Shown here: one piece after another, positions 38,533-47,738 of the stretch
Position numbering within the stretch: the first letter of the stretch is position 1
How the letters are laid out: each line of letters starts with the position of its first letter
Origin: a virus
Taxonomy: Duplodnaviria; Heunggongvirae; Uroviricota; Caudoviricetes
IMG/VR virus record: IMGVR_UViG_3300027963_000034
Coordinates: 122,552-186,551 of that record
DNA length: 64,000 bases
Strand: one strand, 5' to 3'
Notes under the pieces: generated by a model
The model's input: only the letters and a program-made list of their open reading frames with translations
Told to the model about the DNA's origin: nothing
Database searches by the model: none
Made by a program: the position numbers and the translations under genes

Positions 38533-41500
38533 TTATTTATTTTTTAATTCTTGAATTTCTTTTTGTAATTCTTTAATACATTCTACTAATAATGGAACCA
38601 TTTTTTCATATTGAATTGTTAAGTAATTTTCACCTGATTTAGAACCACCCTCCGAATTTATTACATCAAATGGTGCAGCTTTTATAATTTCAGGTAATAT
38701 TGATTGAACTTCTTGTGCAATAAATCCAACTTCTCTTATTTTTGTATTTTTATTTGCTAATTTTTTTGCCTTATCATTCCAATTAAAATATACACCATTT
38801 ATTTTAGATAATTTTTCTAATGGAGAATCTATATTTTTTATATTTGTTTTTAATCTTTTATCCGATGTATTAGCAGTTACATCACCTACAAATGCACCCG
38901 TTGAACTACAATAAAAAGCACCTATACATTGAATAGCATAACCAGAATTTGATGATGCACTATTTTGAATATTTGCACCACCTTGTGAAATTTTTAAAGA
39001 TGAATTACTAGAATCTGGAACCGAATATATACCCAATGCTTCGTAGTTTGGATTACCCACACTATTATATATAACTTGTCTAGCAACGTTTACTCCGGGT
39101 GATAATTCTGTTACTAACAATGTAATATAATTATCTGGTTGGTCACCGGCCGACCAACGACCTCCAACCATTACACCACCATCACCGATATAGGTTGTAT
39201 TTGCTGCACTTGCACCCAAAGTGTATATTCCCTCTGTTCCTATTTTAACATTTGTTGTTCCTAATCCTGTTAAACTAATTTCTCTACCTGCAGAATTTAA
39301 TGTAATCGTTTTACCACTTGCCGTTTTTGAAATAGAATCACTATTAATAGACCAACCACCAATCGACGCGTTAAGAGCAGATAAATCTGCAACACTTATT
39401 TTAGTAGCCGTTACAGCCCCAGCTTGAATATTACCCGCCGTTATTGCATCCGTTGCTATTTTACCTGCAACAATTGCACCGGCCTTAATAGCATCAGCTT
39501 CTACTGCACCTGCATATATTTTTGTTGCAGTAATTGCACCCGCTGCAATCGTATCTGCTGTTATTGCATCCGTAGCTATTTTACCCGCAATAATTGCATT
39601 TGCTGATATTTTTCCCGATGTTACTGCATCCGTTGCTAACTTACCTTCGGTAACCGCATCAGCTGCAATTTTTGCATTGGTAACGGCATTAGCATCTATG
39701 TGTGTGGCTGCAACTGTATCTCTTGTTGCTAATGCACCTAATCCAGTTACATCGGTAGTTGCAGATACACTACTTTTTGTAGCAAGAGAACCTAATCCAG
39801 TTACTACCGAATTTGGAACCGAACTACCAACCGATAAATTTCCTTTAATAGTAAGTGTCGAACCATCCCATAATAATGCATTCCCACCTGCACTTCCTGT
39901 TAAATAAAATAAACCAGTATTATCCATATATGTTTTCCAACGTGCTCCATCATAATATCCCAAATTAGCCTGTCCTAAATATAATCCCGATGTTGAACCT
40001 GGTGTAGGTGTTTTTGTAATTCTTCCTAATGTATTTGTAAATACTTTATCATCTACTGCTGATGCTGATATCGATGCCGAAGCAGCTGCATTAGCTGCAA
40101 ATAATGAACCGGATGTAACTGCACGTGCAGCGGCAGTTGACCCCGATGTTGCTGCATTTGTAGCTGCATTTGACCCTGATGTGACTGCATTACTCGCAAA
40201 TAATGAACCCGAAGTAACTGCATTTGAAACATTTGTTGTAGTTGCCGCATTTCCACCTGTAATATTTATTGCACCATTTATCGTTAATACACCACTTGCC
40301 CACGTCAATGAATCACTCCCCGCTCCACTTAAATAAAAATTACCGTTGTTGGCCATATAAGTTTTCCAATCGGTACCATTGTAATATCCCAAATAAGTTG
40401 AACCTAAATATAATCCCGATGTAGAACCAACCAAAACGGTTGGTGGTTTTGCTATTAATCCCGTTGCTGTTGTAAATGTTGTTGTTGCAACTGAACTTGA
40501 TAATGAATTTTGTGAAGATGCAACAGATGAACTTAATGATGATGTTGCGGAGTTGATAGCTCCACTTACCGCATTTAATGATGAAGATAATGCCGTTGTT
40601 GTTGCAGCATTTCCACCTTGTATATTAATTGAACCATTTATTTGTAATGTTGCAGTAGACGAATCCCATGCTAATAACCCACCTCCAGGAACGGATGATG
40701 TTAAATAAAAATCACCCTGATTATCCATATAAGTTTTCCACCCACTTGTACCACTACCACTAAAATATCCCAAATATTCGCTACCCAAATAAAGTCCAGG
40801 GTCAGATGCAGTGGGTGGTTGATTTAATTTACCATTAGCATCCGTAAAAATAAATTTATCCAAATATTGTGATGCGGAATAAACCTGATATGCCGATTGT
40901 GATGCATTAAATGAAAATGATGAAGATACCGATGCACTTAATGTTGTTAAACTACTACTCAAACTTTGTGATGTAAATAACAAACTACTACTAACTAATG
41001 TTATACTACCACTTGTTAGAGTTAATGAACTTGATACAGAACCACTTAAACTATATATCGAACCACTTATAGAACCACTAACTCTGCCAATTGTACCACT
41101 AACCGATGAACTTACACTGCCAATTGTACCACTAACAGAACCACTTAATATATTTACCGAACTACTTGCAGATGAACTATAAACAGTCATAGTTCCACTA
41201 ATAGAGGATGATACGGCTGCAAGTGCTGCGAGAGATTGTGAAGTTGATGAACTTACTAATAATAAAGTATTATTAACATTGACACCACCAGTGAATGTTG
41301 CAGATTGTGTTACTGCTACTGGAACATAGTTATTATTTACATCATAAAATTCAAATTTAAAATTAAATGTTTCATTACCAATTACCGAAGGCATTGTAGT
41401 AATAAAAGAAACTTCATCCGGAGAAAATGCCGTATCTTGTGATAATTTTAAACTAATATTTCCTAAATGCCATTCTCCTTGTGATTGTGAAAAATATAAA

Positions 41501-42597
41501 CTAGCTGATGGAAAATCCGTAGGTATTTTAAATGGAATGACCGTATCTAATAAATTTTTAGTGGGTTGTATTCCATATAAAGTTCCAATACTACTACTTA
41601 ATGAACCAGAAGCTAAATATATTCCTAAATTGCTTGGTGTAGATGATGAATAAAAAGCATCTAAATTTAATTCATATGTATTTGTGGATTTTATATCCAA
41701 CGAAGATGTATATGTAAAATTGCCACTTCCGGTTAATCTAACACCACTCTCAACTCTACTCGATGTGAGATACGCATTTAATGAACCGGTATTCCAAAAA
41801 CTTTTAAGAGTTTCAGATGTTAATATACCTGTTTGTCCAACAACACTACCAGTTAACCCATATGATGTTAACAATTCTTTTGCTTCAACTAATATATCTT
41901 GTATTAAATCATAATCAGAAATATCTCCTTCTGATGTTCGGAATACTTTTATTCTTTTTACATCTCCTGCAAATGTTTCTAATTTAGAAAGTTTAATATC
42001 AGCAAAAGATTGACTTACTCCTGAATTAACTTTTATATCATTTTCTATTCTATAAATTGGGGATAATATTTCTTTAATAGTTGCAACCGGTCTTTGATAA
42101 AATCTAATTTTTGTAGTATTCGATAAAGATGGATTTACATTTATAGATTTCTGCCACTTAACATTATATTTACCTTCCCAATCAATTGGTACTGAATTTA
42201 CTATCCCGTTACCATCTTCATATTTTGATAACTCGCCTAATATTGTAAGTGTACACGGACCATATGCAGTTTCCGGATAAATGTAAACTGAAACAACTTT
42301 TGAAACACCTTCAAAATATTCGGTTACAATTGTTTCACCATTTATTGATGATGATACTATACCTTCTCCAGGTTCATGATAGATTATATTTCCTGCAGCA
42401 TCTTTTAATTCAATTTGAATTTTAGTATCTGCTAATAATTCTTCTGACCCTGCAATTAAGAATGCATTTTTTCCTCCAGTAAATGAATCTGGTAATTCTG
42501 TTATTTTAAAATATCTACTATTTGGTTCAGTATCCGTTACTAATACGGAATACCTGTCTAAATTTTTAGCGAATAGGGTTTTCTTTATAACGGCCAT
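38533..42597 (-). CDS. Tail fibre/spike with Ser-rich stalk and C-terminal peptidase S74 chaperone
   Basis: TSDKRLKTNIKNI...REVGFIAQEV...LLVECIKEL; repeated fibre modules. Confidence 0.85.
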   Translation of the reverse strand: MAVIKKTLFAKNLDRYSVLVTDTEPNSRYFKITELPDSFTGGKNAFLIAGSEELLADTKIQIELKDAAGNIIYHEPGEGIVSSSINGETIVTEYFEGVSKVVSVYIYPETAYGPCTLTILGELSKYEDGNGIVNSVPIDWEGKYNVKWQKSINVNPSLSNTTKIRFYQRPVATIKEILSPIYRIENDIKVNSGVSQSFADIKLSKLETFAGDVKRIKVFRTSEGDISDYDLIQDILVEAKELLTSYGLTGSVVGQTGILTSETLKSFWNTGSLNAYLTSSRVESGVRLTGSGNFTYTSSLDIKSTNTYELNLDAFYSSSTPSNLGIYLASGSLSSSIGTLYGIQPTKNLLDTVIPFKIPTDFPSASLYFSQSQGEWHLGNISLKLSQDTAFSPDEVSFITTMPSVIGNETFNFKFEFYDVNNNYVPVAVTQSATFTGGVNVNNTLLLVSSSTSQSLAALAAVSSSISGTMTVYSSSASSSVNILSGSVSGTIGSVSSSVSGTIGRVSGSISGSIYSLSGSVSSSLTLTSGSITLVSSSLLFTSQSLSSSLTTLSASVSSSFSFNASQSAYQVYSASQYLDKFIFTDANGKLNQPPTASDPGLYLGSEYLGYFSGSGTSGWKTYMDNQGDFYLTSSVPGGGLLAWDSSTATLQINGSINIQGGNAATTTALSSSLNAVSGAINSATSSLSSSVASSQNSLSSSVATTTFTTATGLIAKPPTVLVGSTSGLYLGSTYLGYYNGTDWKTYMANNGNFYLSGAGSDSLTWASGVLTINGAINITGGNAATTTNVSNAVTSGSLFASNAVTSGSNAATNAATSGSTAAARAVTSGSLFAANAAASASISASAVDDKVFTNTLGRITKTPTPGSTSGLYLGQANLGYYDGARWKTYMDNTGLFYLTGSAGGNALLWDGSTLTIKGNLSVGSSVPNSVVTGLGSLATKSSVSATTDVTGLGALATRDTVAATHIDANAVTNAKIAADAVTEGKLATDAVTSGKISANAIIAGKIATDAITADTIAAGAITATKIYAGAVEADAIKAGAIVAGKIATDAITAGNIQAGAVTATKISVADLSALNASIGGWSINSDSISKTASGKTITLNSAGREISLTGLGTTNVKIGTEGIYTLGASAANTTYIGDGGVMVGGRWSAGDQPDNYITLLVTELSPGVNVARQVIYNSVGNPNYEALGIYSVPDSSNSSLKISQGGANIQNSASSNSGYAIQCIGAFYCSSTGAFVGDVTANTSDKRLKTNIKNIDSPLEKLSKINGVYFNWNDKAKKLANKNTKIREVGFIAQEVQSILPEIIKAAPFDVINSEGGSKSGENYLTIQYEKMVPLLVECIKELQKEIQELKNK

Positions 42598-42639
42598 GAA
42601 ATCTTTTAAATAAATATCTTCAAAAAAAGAATTATTTCA

Positions 42640-42699
42640 TATTTATATAAAGAAAACTAATAAATAATTTATTCTATTATAGAATACTAAAGAAAACTA
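42640..42699 (+). promoter_or_regulatory. Promoter motif TATTTATA followed by three AGAAAACTA-type boxes
   Basis: tatttata at 42640-42647; boxes at 42651, 42681 (agaatacta) and 42691; palindrome attctat-t-atagaat at 42671-42685. Confidence 0.6.
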
Positions 42700-42707
42700 A
42701 ATAAGTT

Positions 42708-42893
42708 ATGAAATATGCTATGTTACAAATCAAAAAAGAAACCCATGAACTTCTCAAAGATTATTGTGAAGAACACGGGTTTAAAATGGGTAGTCTAGTT
42801 GAAAATTTAATCAAGAAACACATTGGTGTCTCAAAACCACAATCTAGTGTGTTGAAGGCTGATAAAGTGACGATTAAAAATCAATCTTACTAA
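42708..42893 (+). CDS. Ribbon-helix-helix (Arc/CopG-like) DNA-binding protein
   Basis: MKYAMLQIKKETHELLKDYCEEHG.KMGSLVENLI fits strand-helix-G-helix; it sits in an otherwise gene-free gap and has its own promoter motif. Confidence 0.75.
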   Translation: MKYAMLQIKKETHELLKDYCEEHGFKMGSLVENLIKKHIGVSKPQSSVLKADKVTIKNQSY

Positions 42894-45800
42894 ATCCATT
42901 TTCTTTTTTTATTTCTATCAATCCATCTACTATATCTCTCATTTGTTCCAAGTGAGAAATCATCCATATAAAATCGAATTGAGTTTTAAGATATTGCATC
43001 ATCATAAATAATGAAGATAAGTTATCTGCATCCAATGTTCCAAATCCTTCATCCACTACTAAAAAGTTTGGACGAGGTAAATTACACACATTGATAAGTG
43101 CAACTCTAATAGCAAGTCCACTAACAAATTTCTCCATACCACTACACATTTCCAATGGCCATTCCTGGTCTTCGTAAACAATTTTTGCATTTATAGATTT
43201 ACCATCCATTTCTAATGTAATACCAAAGTCTACAACCTGCCCTAATATATTATTAATCTCACTTTCAATTACAGGTAATGCTTTTGAAATTAACTCATAT
43301 GGAATACCATCTCTTTTAACTGCATCTAAATAATAGGTGTATAATCGGTTCTTTTCTTCCAATTCCTTAACATCACTCATCTTTTGTTTTATACCCTCTA
43401 TATAGGTCTGTAATGATGAAATAGAACCATTTGTAGTTGCTATTTGTTTACTGATATCTTTAATTTCCGACTCAATTTTATTTTTTTCTACTTCTAATTC
43501 TTTGATTTGTTTTTCTAAATCTTTATTAGATTGAATTGTTTCTTCGTTTTCAAAATATTTTTCAATATCTTCTTCAACTTTATCTAATTGAGTTTGTAAT
43601 AATTCTTCTTTTGTTTCCAAACCTTTTAATTCTGCTTCTGCGGTTTTTAAGATACCTTTGGATTGTCCAAGTTTTAGTTTTAAATCAGTCAATTCATTAT
43701 ATTGTTCCTCAACACCTTCCATCGTATCTATGGTTTGTTGAATACCGGTACAATCAACTAATGCTTCTCTAAGTATTTCTTTCAATTGAGGTAATGCTTC
43801 TTTTACTCTCATTGCATCTTTTACAAAAGTATTATCACAACAAAACTTACAATTAGGGTCATATTTATGATTATCCAAATTTTTAATTGTTTCTTCTGCA
43901 GAACTTACATGCAATTTTGCAATACCATAAACTCTCGTTGCTTCGGTTAATTCCTTTTGTTCTCTTTGATAATTTGAATAAGCCGTTTCAATATCAATAG
44001 TTCCACCAAATGATTTCTTATCTTCTATTGATTGTGAAATTTCTTCAATTTTTCCTTCTAATATTTTAATAAAATTTTCTTTTGTGCCAATTAAAAGTGT
44101 ATTACGATTAATATCTTCATTTAAGCTCTTTCTTTTTTCTTCCAATTTAGGTAAATCTAAATTAGAGTCAATTGGAGTAAGATTTCTACTTAATTCTAAT
44201 ATAATACCATCTAATCCACCTTTGTCACCATTTAATCTGGCTAATTCTTTTTCAAACTCTTTTAATTCACCTTTCTTATCTTTCAACTCATTTGCTTTAT
44301 CTGCAAGTTCGGTTGTAAAGTCGGTTTTCTTAAAATTTTTGATAAGAACTGAAACTTCTTTAATATCTTCAATTGCGGTATCATATAATTTGTCAAATAC
44401 ATTCAATCCCATAAATTGAGCAAGTAAGTCTTTTCTCTCACTTTGTGATTTATCAATGAATATAGAATTATTACCTTGCAACGATAATGTAGTCAATACA
44501 AAATCTTCATACTTACCAACATATTGTTCAATAACTTGGTTTGTATCTCTTCTTTCCGTTCCGTTTAAAGATATTTTTTCATCACCATCAATATACCAAA
44601 AGTTTACATCTACTTTTACATTCTTACCTTTGTTAATGGTTTTTGCAGTTCTTTCAATAAAGTAATCTACTCCGTTGACTTGAAAATTCAAATAACATCT
44701 AAATTCGGTCTTACGATTATTTAGAATATTAGCTGCTTTAAATGCTCTACTACTTTTGTCATAAAGACAAAATGAGATAGCATCAAAGATAGATGATTTA
44801 CCTTGTGCATTTGGTGCAAATAATCCCATCAATCCATTTAACTTTGTAAAATTAATTTTATTATCTTCACCATAACTGAACATATTAGAAAACTCAAATC
44901 TAATTGGTTTCCACATAATGTTTCTTAAAGTATCTTCATGTACAATTCTACTATTTACATCTCTGTTAATCTTTTCTAATTCTGCCAAATCATTCTTGTC
45001 AACAAATGGCATCATTCTCTCCACATACTCATTGATTAAGGAATTTTGATAATTGATGTCGGAAATATCTTCGAAATCTAATTTATTTTGTCTATCTCCT
45101 GTTTTCTTTTTTGCTAATGAATCCGTTCTAATGATTGTAAAATCCTCAACACCATATTTCATTTTGATTTCTGCAATTACCTTTTTGGTATCGGCAGTAT
45201 CGGTGTTTGACAATCTTACTCTCAAACGAGGATGTTTTGGCATATCATTTACAACTGGAACTTTACCATTGTCAATATCCATTGTATAATAACCATAATC
45301 ATTTTGAATATCAATTTCTTCGTAATTCATTGTGTCTAAATCCCATGCTAAAAAACCATGTCTATCTAATGTCTCGCCAAAGTTTTGTTGAATTAATGAA
45401 CCTGCATAAACTACCTTACATCCTTTCGGACTTATCATTTCTTGACGCTTATGAATATCACCTAATAAGGCTAAATCAAAACCATCAAATATATCCGTTG
45501 TAAAATGTCTACTACTTACCACATAACCAATATCAGTTTGTGAATTATCAACAGGGCCGTGGAATAATGCAATCTTTTTATTACCAAATAGTTTATCAGC
45601 AGTAATCCAATTGTCTTTGTTATCTAAAATACTAAATACTGAAAAATCAATACCACCAATTGAATAAACTTGTGTGTCTCTTAAATAATAAAAGTTTTCC
45701 AATTCCAATGCATCAACCAATGGAGTAAGAACATCCATTCTATCCATATTGTTCATATTACAATCGTGATTTCCGGTAATAAGAATTGTAGGACAAGTTT

Positions 45801-46026
45801 TAGCACACTCTTTAAATAACCAACTTATTTCGTTGACCAATTCTGGTGACATTTCTAATTTAGCGTGGGCAATATCGCCTGCCAAATAAATGATTGCATC
45901 TTCAGTTCCTCTTTTACGAATTTCTTCAAACATTTTTTCAAATACTTGTCGATACTCTTTGTGTCTTTTTACATTACGAATATGTACATCTGCAATGTGG
46001 TAAATTGTTTTTAATTTACTACTCAT
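42874..46026 (-). CDS. Fused Mre11/SbcD (gp47) nuclease and Rad50/SbcC (gp46) ATPase
   Basis: Phosphoesterase motifs DVH, GD, GNHD, HG and GDIH; Walker A PNAQGKS, Zn hook CKFC, signature CSGME, Walker B VVDEGFG. Confidence 0.92.
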   Translation of the reverse strand: MSSKLKTIYHIADVHIRNVKRHKEYRQVFEKMFEEIRKRGTEDAIIYLAGDIAHAKLEMSPELVNEISWLFKECAKTCPTILITGNHDCNMNNMDRMDVLTPLVDALELENFYYLRDTQVYSIGGIDFSVFSILDNKDNWITADKLFGNKKIALFHGPVDNSQTDIGYVVSSRHFTTDIFDGFDLALLGDIHKRQEMISPKGCKVVYAGSLIQQNFGETLDRHGFLAWDLDTMNYEEIDIQNDYGYYTMDIDNGKVPVVNDMPKHPRLRVRLSNTDTADTKKVIAEIKMKYGVEDFTIIRTDSLAKKKTGDRQNKLDFEDISDINYQNSLINEYVERMMPFVDKNDLAELEKINRDVNSRIVHEDTLRNIMWKPIRFEFSNMFSYGEDNKINFTKLNGLMGLFAPNAQGKSSIFDAISFCLYDKSSRAFKAANILNNRKTEFRCYLNFQVNGVDYFIERTAKTINKGKNVKVDVNFWYIDGDEKISLNGTERRDTNQVIEQYVGKYEDFVLTTLSLQGNNSIFIDKSQSERKDLLAQFMGLNVFDKLYDTAIEDIKEVSVLIKNFKKTDFTTELADKANELKDKKGELKEFEKELARLNGDKGGLDGIILELSRNLTPIDSNLDLPKLEEKRKSLNEDINRNTLLIGTKENFIKILEGKIEEISQSIEDKKSFGGTIDIETAYSNYQREQKELTEATRVYGIAKLHVSSAEETIKNLDNHKYDPNCKFCCDNTFVKDAMRVKEALPQLKEILREALVDCTGIQQTIDTMEGVEEQYNELTDLKLKLGQSKGILKTAEAELKGLETKEELLQTQLDKVEEDIEKYFENEETIQSNKDLEKQIKELEVEKNKIESEIKDISKQIATTNGSISSLQTYIEGIKQKMSDVKELEEKNRLYTYYLDAVKRDGIPYELISKALPVIESEINNILGQVVDFGITLEMDGKSINAKIVYEDQEWPLEMCSGMEKFVSGLAIRVALINVCNLPRPNFLVVDEGFGTLDADNLSSLFMMMQYLKTQFDFIWMISHLEQMRDIVDGLIEIKKENGFSKIDF

Positions 46027-46964
46027 AGTGAGTTTATTTTGTTTAACAATAATTCTTCGGATGAAAACTCTTTAGTTTTCTTTAGTTCTTCGTAGAATTT
46101 TTCATACCCCATATCGGCGGCATCTTTATCTTTAAGGTACATCATTTTGACATGAATACCATTTTTTCTAAAATATTCGGCTGCTTTAAGTGCCTCATTT
46201 ATTGCATCATTATCTAACGAAATAATAATATCACTTATCCCACTCATAAAGATTTTCTCAACCAATATTCTGGATGGAAACTTTCCTAAAAGTGGAATTG
46301 CATTTCTTTTAATTGTGATTGCATCAAATACACCCTCACAAAGTATAATCGGTTCGTTCCAATTTACTTGAGAATCAAAACATATTACATTTTTACTAAT
46401 TGGAGGATTTTTATATTTCATCTTTTCTTCTGGATAATAAGAACGAGAAACAAAGTAATTTAATGTACCATCGGAATTATAAGATGGTATAATAACTCTC
46501 CTAGAATATAACCCTTCCGTACAATACCCGATATTATATTTTATAATATCTTTTTCCGTAATACCTCTTTCAGTAAGGTAATGGATAGCGTGTTTATATT
46601 CGGGATTAAACCCATTAGGAACCTCATTAAGAGATTTAAATTCTTTTGGTAGGGAAATGAACACCTTTGTATCAGCATCCTCTAATTGCGGGTTATAATT
46701 TGAATCACCATATATCTCTCTAATAATAGATATAGTTTTTCTATTAACATCCAACTTCTTTAATAATGATGTTATTTTTTTACCACCACTATTACACGTC
46801 CAACAATGCCACTTTTGAGTTTCCGTATTAACTTGAAGTTTTTGTTTATGATGATTACAAAATGGACAATAAAACGCCAATTCGTTACCCCTTAAATTGG
46901 AATAACTACCTAACGCATTAGATAGCGTAGATACTACTATATTTTTATCATTTTGCTTCAACAC
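46023..46964 (-). CDS. DNA primase (CHC2 Zn finger + TOPRIM)
   Basis: CPFCNHH...WHCWTC, RVIIP, KYKNPP, LCEGVFDA and LDND; GTG start. Confidence 0.88.
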   Translation of the reverse strand: MLKQNDKNIVVSTLSNALGSYSNLRGNELAFYCPFCNHHKQKLQVNTETQKWHCWTCNSGGKKITSLLKKLDVNRKTISIIREIYGDSNYNPQLEDADTKVFISLPKEFKSLNEVPNGFNPEYKHAIHYLTERGITEKDIIKYNIGYCTEGLYSRRVIIPSYNSDGTLNYFVSRSYYPEEKMKYKNPPISKNVICFDSQVNWNEPIILCEGVFDAITIKRNAIPLLGKFPSRILVEKIFMSGISDIIISLDNDAINEALKAAEYFRKNGIHVKMMYLKDKDAADMGYEKFYEELKKTKEFSSEELLLNKINSL

Positions 46965-46968
46965 ATAT

Positions 46969-47000
46969 CAAATATACAACAAATATTTGATATTACCAAA
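46969..47000 (-). promoter_or_regulatory. Bacteroidota housekeeping-sigma promoter (-33 TTTG, -7 TAnnTTTG)
   Basis: Minus strand: TTTG (47000-46997), 20-nt spacer, TATATTTG (46976-46969), directly before the primase gene. Confidence 0.75.
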
Positions 47001-47003
47001 TTT

Positions 47004-47420
47004 TTATGGTTCTAAAAACCATTCAATTGGAATAATTTTATCTGCGTATTTATATCCATTCTTTTCACACCAATCACCATAGGTTGTTTTGGATTTTTTA
47101 CTGATTTTGTTCTTTGAATTGGAAAATACGAAACGAATGTCTAAATGTGGATTGTGTTCTTTGACCAATAGATGTTTTTTCCTATCGGCCGCCACAAACC
47201 TACCTTTCGTTTCCACTCTAATACCATTCGGTAATTTGAAATCAGGACTATATGTGTGAGTGGATGCAGGAATTATGTATGGAACTTTTTCAGTTTCATA
47301 TTCTACTTTAATTCCATGAGATTCTATTTGTTGAGATATGGTTTCTTCTAAACCAGACTTAAATCCATATTTTTTAGCAACCCATTTTGGATTACTCGTT
47401 TTTGTAACTTTTTTAGCCAT
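47004..47420 (-). CDS. T7 endonuclease I-like Holliday junction resolvase
   Basis: FKSGLEE, YSPDF, VETKGRF..ADRKKH and LDIRFVF. Confidence 0.9.
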   Translation of the reverse strand: MAKKVTKTSNPKWVAKKYGFKSGLEETISQQIESHGIKVEYETEKVPYIIPASTHTYSPDFKLPNGIRVETKGRFVAADRKKHLLVKEHNPHLDIRFVFSNSKNKISKKSKTTYGDWCEKNGYKYADKIIPIEWFLEP

Positions 47421-47429
47421 TAAGTTTTT

Positions 47430-47708
47430 TTATTTGTCCTTTTTAACTGCTAATGAGTATTTTTTTACATCATTATAACCTGCCCATCTGTTTCCACCTA
47501 AATCTCCTAATTGATATTTAGTTTTACCTTTTTTCTTTTCTAAAGCAGCTATAGCATCAGAATCAATATCACCTTGTGGATTTCTTTCCTCTTTTGAATA
47601 TGGAGTTATATCTCTTTTTTGGGCTTCCCATGCTTTAGCATCTGGATTACCTTTTGCAAATGAATTGTTTTTACTATCTTCGTATAAATCTAAAATACTT
47701 TTTGCCAT
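47430..47708 (-). CDS. Hypothetical protein
   Basis: 92 aa ORF preceded by the late-type motif. Confidence 0.6.
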   Translation of the reverse strand: MAKSILDLYEDSKNNSFAKGNPDAKAWEAQKRDITPYSKEERNPQGDIDSDAIAALEKKKGKTKYQLGDLGGNRWAGYNDVKKYSLAVKKDK

Positions 47709-47738
47709 TGTTTTTTGTTTTTGTATATAAATATAAGA

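Noticed and set aside
38533-42597. Diversity-generating retroelement targeting the tail fibre
   Set aside because: There is no reverse transcriptase and no TR/VR pair with adenine-specific mismatches; the repeats are tandem structural units.
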